Below are positions 47,755-50,145 of a stretch of DNA of 50,145 nucleotides, piece by piece. The notes beneath the pieces were generated by a model that did no database searches, was not told the DNA's origin, and worked only from the letters and a program-made list of their open reading frames with translations. The position numbers and the translations under genes are program-made. The stretch comes from Polaromonas sp. (GTDB taxonomy: Bacteria; Pseudomonadota; Gammaproteobacteria; Burkholderiales; Burkholderiaceae_C), in NCBI GenBank assembly GCA_043769005.1, contig JAYVJV010000050.1, positions 1 through 50,145 of the forward strand, given 5' to 3'. The number at the start of each line of letters is the position of its first letter. Position 1 is the first letter of the stretch.

Positions 47755-49410
47755 CTACTCCAGCCCCAGCTCTGCAATTTTTCGCGTGATGGTGTTGCGG
47801 CCAATGCCCAGTTTTACCGCTGCTTCGATGCGCCGGCCTCGGGTGGTGGACAGGGCTGCCGCTATGAGCTGGCGCTCAAAGCGGGCGGTGAGCTGGTCCC
47901 ACACGTCGCCTTTGTCCTGCGCTAAAAGCTGAAGGGCTTCGGCGGTTAAGTCGGCTTCCCAGCCTGCGCTGGCGGTGGTGGCGTTGATCGGCGCGGACGG
48001 CTGGGCATCTAGCGGCGCGGCCTGCGTTGCCGTTACGCTTACACTTACGCTGGGTTGTGTATCTAATTGACCTGCAGGCCAATGAGAACTAGCGTAAGCA
48101 GCTTCTGTATTGATAGCGTCTTGAATACGCCGTGCAGCGCTGGGGGCATCGCTGGGTATATCAGCGAGTGCCGCCGCACCGGTTGCGCCGATTGCCAGTT
48201 CGGGCATCAATGCAATAGCTGCCACTGCACCCTGCCCTTGCAGCACCTCGGGCGGCAAATCCTTCACGTCAATCACCTGGCTGGGTGCCATCACCATCAG
48301 CCAGTGGCAGATGTTCTCTAGCTGGCGCACGTTGCCGGGAAAGGCAAACTGCGACAGCCTGGCCAGCGCGGCGGGCGAGATGCGTTTGGGCTCGCCGCCC
48401 AGTTGCTTGGCCGACTGCTGCAAAAAATGCCGGGTGAGCGCGGCGATGTCTTCGCGGCGCTCGCGCAGGGGCGGCAGGCGCAGGCGGATGACGTTGAGGC
48501 GGTGAAACAGGTCTTCCCTAAAGCCGCCCTCTTTCACGCGCTGCTCCAGGTTTTGGTGGGTGGCGGCAATCACCCGCACATTGGTTTTCACGGCGCTGTG
48601 GCCGCCGACGCGGTAGAAGCTGCCGTCGGACAGCACGCGCAGCAGGCGGGTTTGCAAATCAAACGGCATGTCGCCAATTTCATCTAAAAACAGCGTACCG
48701 CCGTCGGCCTGCTCAAAGCGGCCCCGGCGCATGGTTTGCGCGCCAGTGAATGCACCGCGCTCGTGGCCAAACAGCTCGCTCTCTAGCAAATCTTTGGGGA
48801 TAGCTGCGGTATTGATAGCTACAAACGGCCCGCTAGAGCGGGCACTATGCTTGTGCAAGGCCTTGGCCACCAGCTCTTTGCCGCTGCCCGACTCGCCGGT
48901 GATCATCACCGTCACGTTACTTTGGCTCAGGCGACCGATAGCACGAAACACGTCTTGCATGGCGGGGGCTTGGCCTAGCATCTCAGGGGCGCTGACAACC
49001 GCCTCGACCGCTACGTCCTCGCGCTGGCTCTCCTCTACGGCGCGTCGGATCAGCTCGGTGGCTCGTGCGATGTCAAATGGTTTGGGCAGGTATTCAAACG
49101 CGCCGCGTTGAAAAGCATTCACCGCGCTGTCCAGGTCGCTAAACGCCGTCATGATGATGATGGGCAGGCCGGGGTGCTTTTCTTTCACCTTGGTTAGCAA
49201 GTCGAGGCCTGAGCCGCCGGGCATGCGAATGTCGCTGACCAGTACCTGCGGTGGCAGGTTGTCGGCGTCGTTCTCGTCGGTGTTGTCCAGCGCAATAAGC
49301 AGGTCGCGCGGGTTGGTAAAGCTGCGGGTGGGCAGGTCTTCGCGCAGCAGGGCTTTCTCCAGCACGAAACGGATAGACTGGTCATCGTCTACGATCCAAA
49401 TAGGCTTCAT
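47755..49410 (-). CDS. ntrC: Sigma-54-dependent response regulator NtrC (NR-I)
   Basis: Receiver domain (IWIVDDDQSIRFVLEKAL...DIRMPG), AAA+ domain with GESGSGKE and GAFTGA, and a C-terminal Fis-type helix-turn-helix. Has an unusually long ~90-aa linker. Confidence 0.92.
   Translation of the reverse strand: MKPIWIVDDDQSIRFVLEKALLREDLPTRSFTNPRDLLIALDNTDENDADNLPPQVLVSDIRMPGGSGLDLLTKVKEKHPGLPIIIMTAFSDLDSAVNAFQRGAFEYLPKPFDIARATELIRRAVEESQREDVAVEAVVSAPEMLGQAPAMQDVFRAIGRLSQSNVTVMITGESGSGKELVAKALHKHSARSSGPFVAINTAAIPKDLLESELFGHERGAFTGAQTMRRGRFEQADGGTLFLDEIGDMPFDLQTRLLRVLSDGSFYRVGGHSAVKTNVRVIAATHQNLEQRVKEGGFREDLFHRLNVIRLRLPPLRERREDIAALTRHFLQQSAKQLGGEPKRISPAALARLSQFAFPGNVRQLENICHWLMVMAPSQVIDVKDLPPEVLQGQGAVAAIALMPELAIGATGAAALADIPSDAPSAARRIQDAINTEAAYASSHWPAGQLDTQPSVSVSVTATQAAPLDAQPSAPINATTASAGWEADLTAEALQLLAQDKGDVWDQLTARFERQLIAAALSTTRGRRIEAAVKLGIGRNTITRKIAELGLE
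48063..48118 (-). repeat. Family A short dispersed repeat, copy A10 (inside the ntrC linker)
   Basis: The reverse complement reads GCTATCAATACAGAAGCTGCTTACGCTAGTTCTCATTGGCCTGCAGGTCAATTAG, translated as AINTEAAYASSHWPAGQLD. Confidence 0.75.
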
Positions 49411-49473
49411 GCGGTGTGTCCTCGGGTCCTGACCATTTTGATCTTTATCTTGCTATTTATCTTGCGCTTAAAT

Positions 49474-50145
49474 TCATGGCAACGGAATCAAGATTTTGAA
49501 TTCCGTACGCCCGGGCTGGCTTTCGCATTCGATCAGTCCGTCGTGTTGTTGTACAAAGGTTTGCGCCAATGTCAGCCCCAGTCCCGAGCCGCCTTCCCTG
49601 CCCGATACGAGCGGGTAAAAAATGCGGTCTTTGATGTCATCCGGTATGCCCGGCCCGTTGTCTGTAATATGCAATTCCAGTGCCAATTTATAGCGCCGCT
49701 TACCGAATGTGACTTGACGGGCAATGCGGGTTTTAAAAGTGATCACAGCGTCGCCCTGCGCCATGCGTTCGCCCAGCACCTGCGCTGCGTTGTGCGCGAT
49801 GTTCAACACCACTTGAATCAACTGCTCTTTATCGCCCCGAAAATCAGGAATCGACGTGTCGTAGTCGCGCACTACGCGCAAGCCAGAACGCCCGGTGTCT
49901 TTGGGCCCGGCTTGAAATTCAGCCACGATCAGCGACCGCACGCGCTCGCACACCTCGTGAATATTCACATCGGCCACCACATGCGGTTTGCGGTGTGGGG
50001 CCAGCAAGCGGTCTACCAAGGTTTGCAGGCGGTCTGCTTCGTGGATGATGACTTGGGTGTATTCCCGCAGCTCTTTGCTGTCCAGTTCCAGCTGCAGCAG
50101 CTGCGCCGCACCGCGAATGCCGCCCAGCGGATTTTTAATTTCGTG
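49474..50145 (-). CDS. ntrB: Nitrogen regulation sensor kinase NtrB (partial; runs off the window)
   Basis: The reading frame stays open to the window edge. The last codons read HEIKNPLGGIRGAAQLL (NtrB H-box), and the N and G boxes lie downstream. Confidence 0.9.
   Translation of the reverse strand, partial: HEIKNPLGGIRGAAQLLQLELDSKELREYTQVIIHEADRLQTLVDRLLAPHRKPHVVADVNIHEVCERVRSLIVAEFQAGPKDTGRSGLRVVRDYDTSIPDFRGDKEQLIQVVLNIAHNAAQVLGERMAQGDAVITFKTRIARQVTFGKRRYKLALELHITDNGPGIPDDIKDRIFYPLVSGREGGSGLGLTLAQTFVQQHDGLIECESQPGRTEFKILIPLP

Noticed and set aside
48795-48830. GCTATCAATACCGCAGCTATC in ntrC (reverse complement) resembles the 5' part of family A copy A10, sharing the first 11 nt.
   Set aside because: It encodes the conserved AAA+ segment FVAINTAAIPKDLLESELFGH found in NtrC proteins generally, and the rest of the repeat is missing. 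I treat it as coincidence, or at most microhomology.

Overview
This window looks like chromosomal backbone from a high-GC betaproteobacterium. Gene content and order resemble Burkholderiales/Comamonadaceae, but that placement comes from protein motifs and synteny only, with no database search. I call about 48 protein genes and one tRNA.

Main blocks, in order:
- A PhoH2 (PIN-PhoH) ATPase and a RavA/ViaA-like MoxR-VWA pair.
- scoAB, followed by a housekeeping run: PHP phosphoesterase, EamA transporter, TsaC-family protein, M50 protease and trpS.
- A low-GC two-component pair beside tRNA-Ser(CGA).
- serS, ftsH, a phosphoribosyltransferase, purA and hisZ.
- A PAS histidine kinase with a FixJ-type regulator, then folD.
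- A decayed AbiEii-type toxin-antitoxin remnant and an alpha/beta hydrolase.
- A complete aa3-type cytochrome c oxidase structural and assembly cluster (sco, ctaB, ctaA, SURF1, ctaE, ctaG, ctaD, ctaC and small accessory genes).
- comF, rpsT, an FHA protein, argD-argF, psiF-phoX and ntrC-ntrB.

I do not see an intact, recognisable defence island or a new multi-gene system. The most unusual signal is at the repeat level:
- Family A is a roughly 55-bp dispersed repeat with at least 10 copies. Seven of the ten lie inside coding sequences and are read through in frame: interior to hisZ, SURF1, a BioC-like gene, argF and ntrC, at the N-terminus of SCO, and at the C-terminus and stop codon of ViaA. 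This resembles the behaviour of Rickettsia palindromic elements.
- Family B is a 180-235 bp MITE-like long palindrome present twice, each time between a stop codon and the next gene's start (upstream of folD and argF).

All calls rest on reading the sequence and the ORF track by eye.
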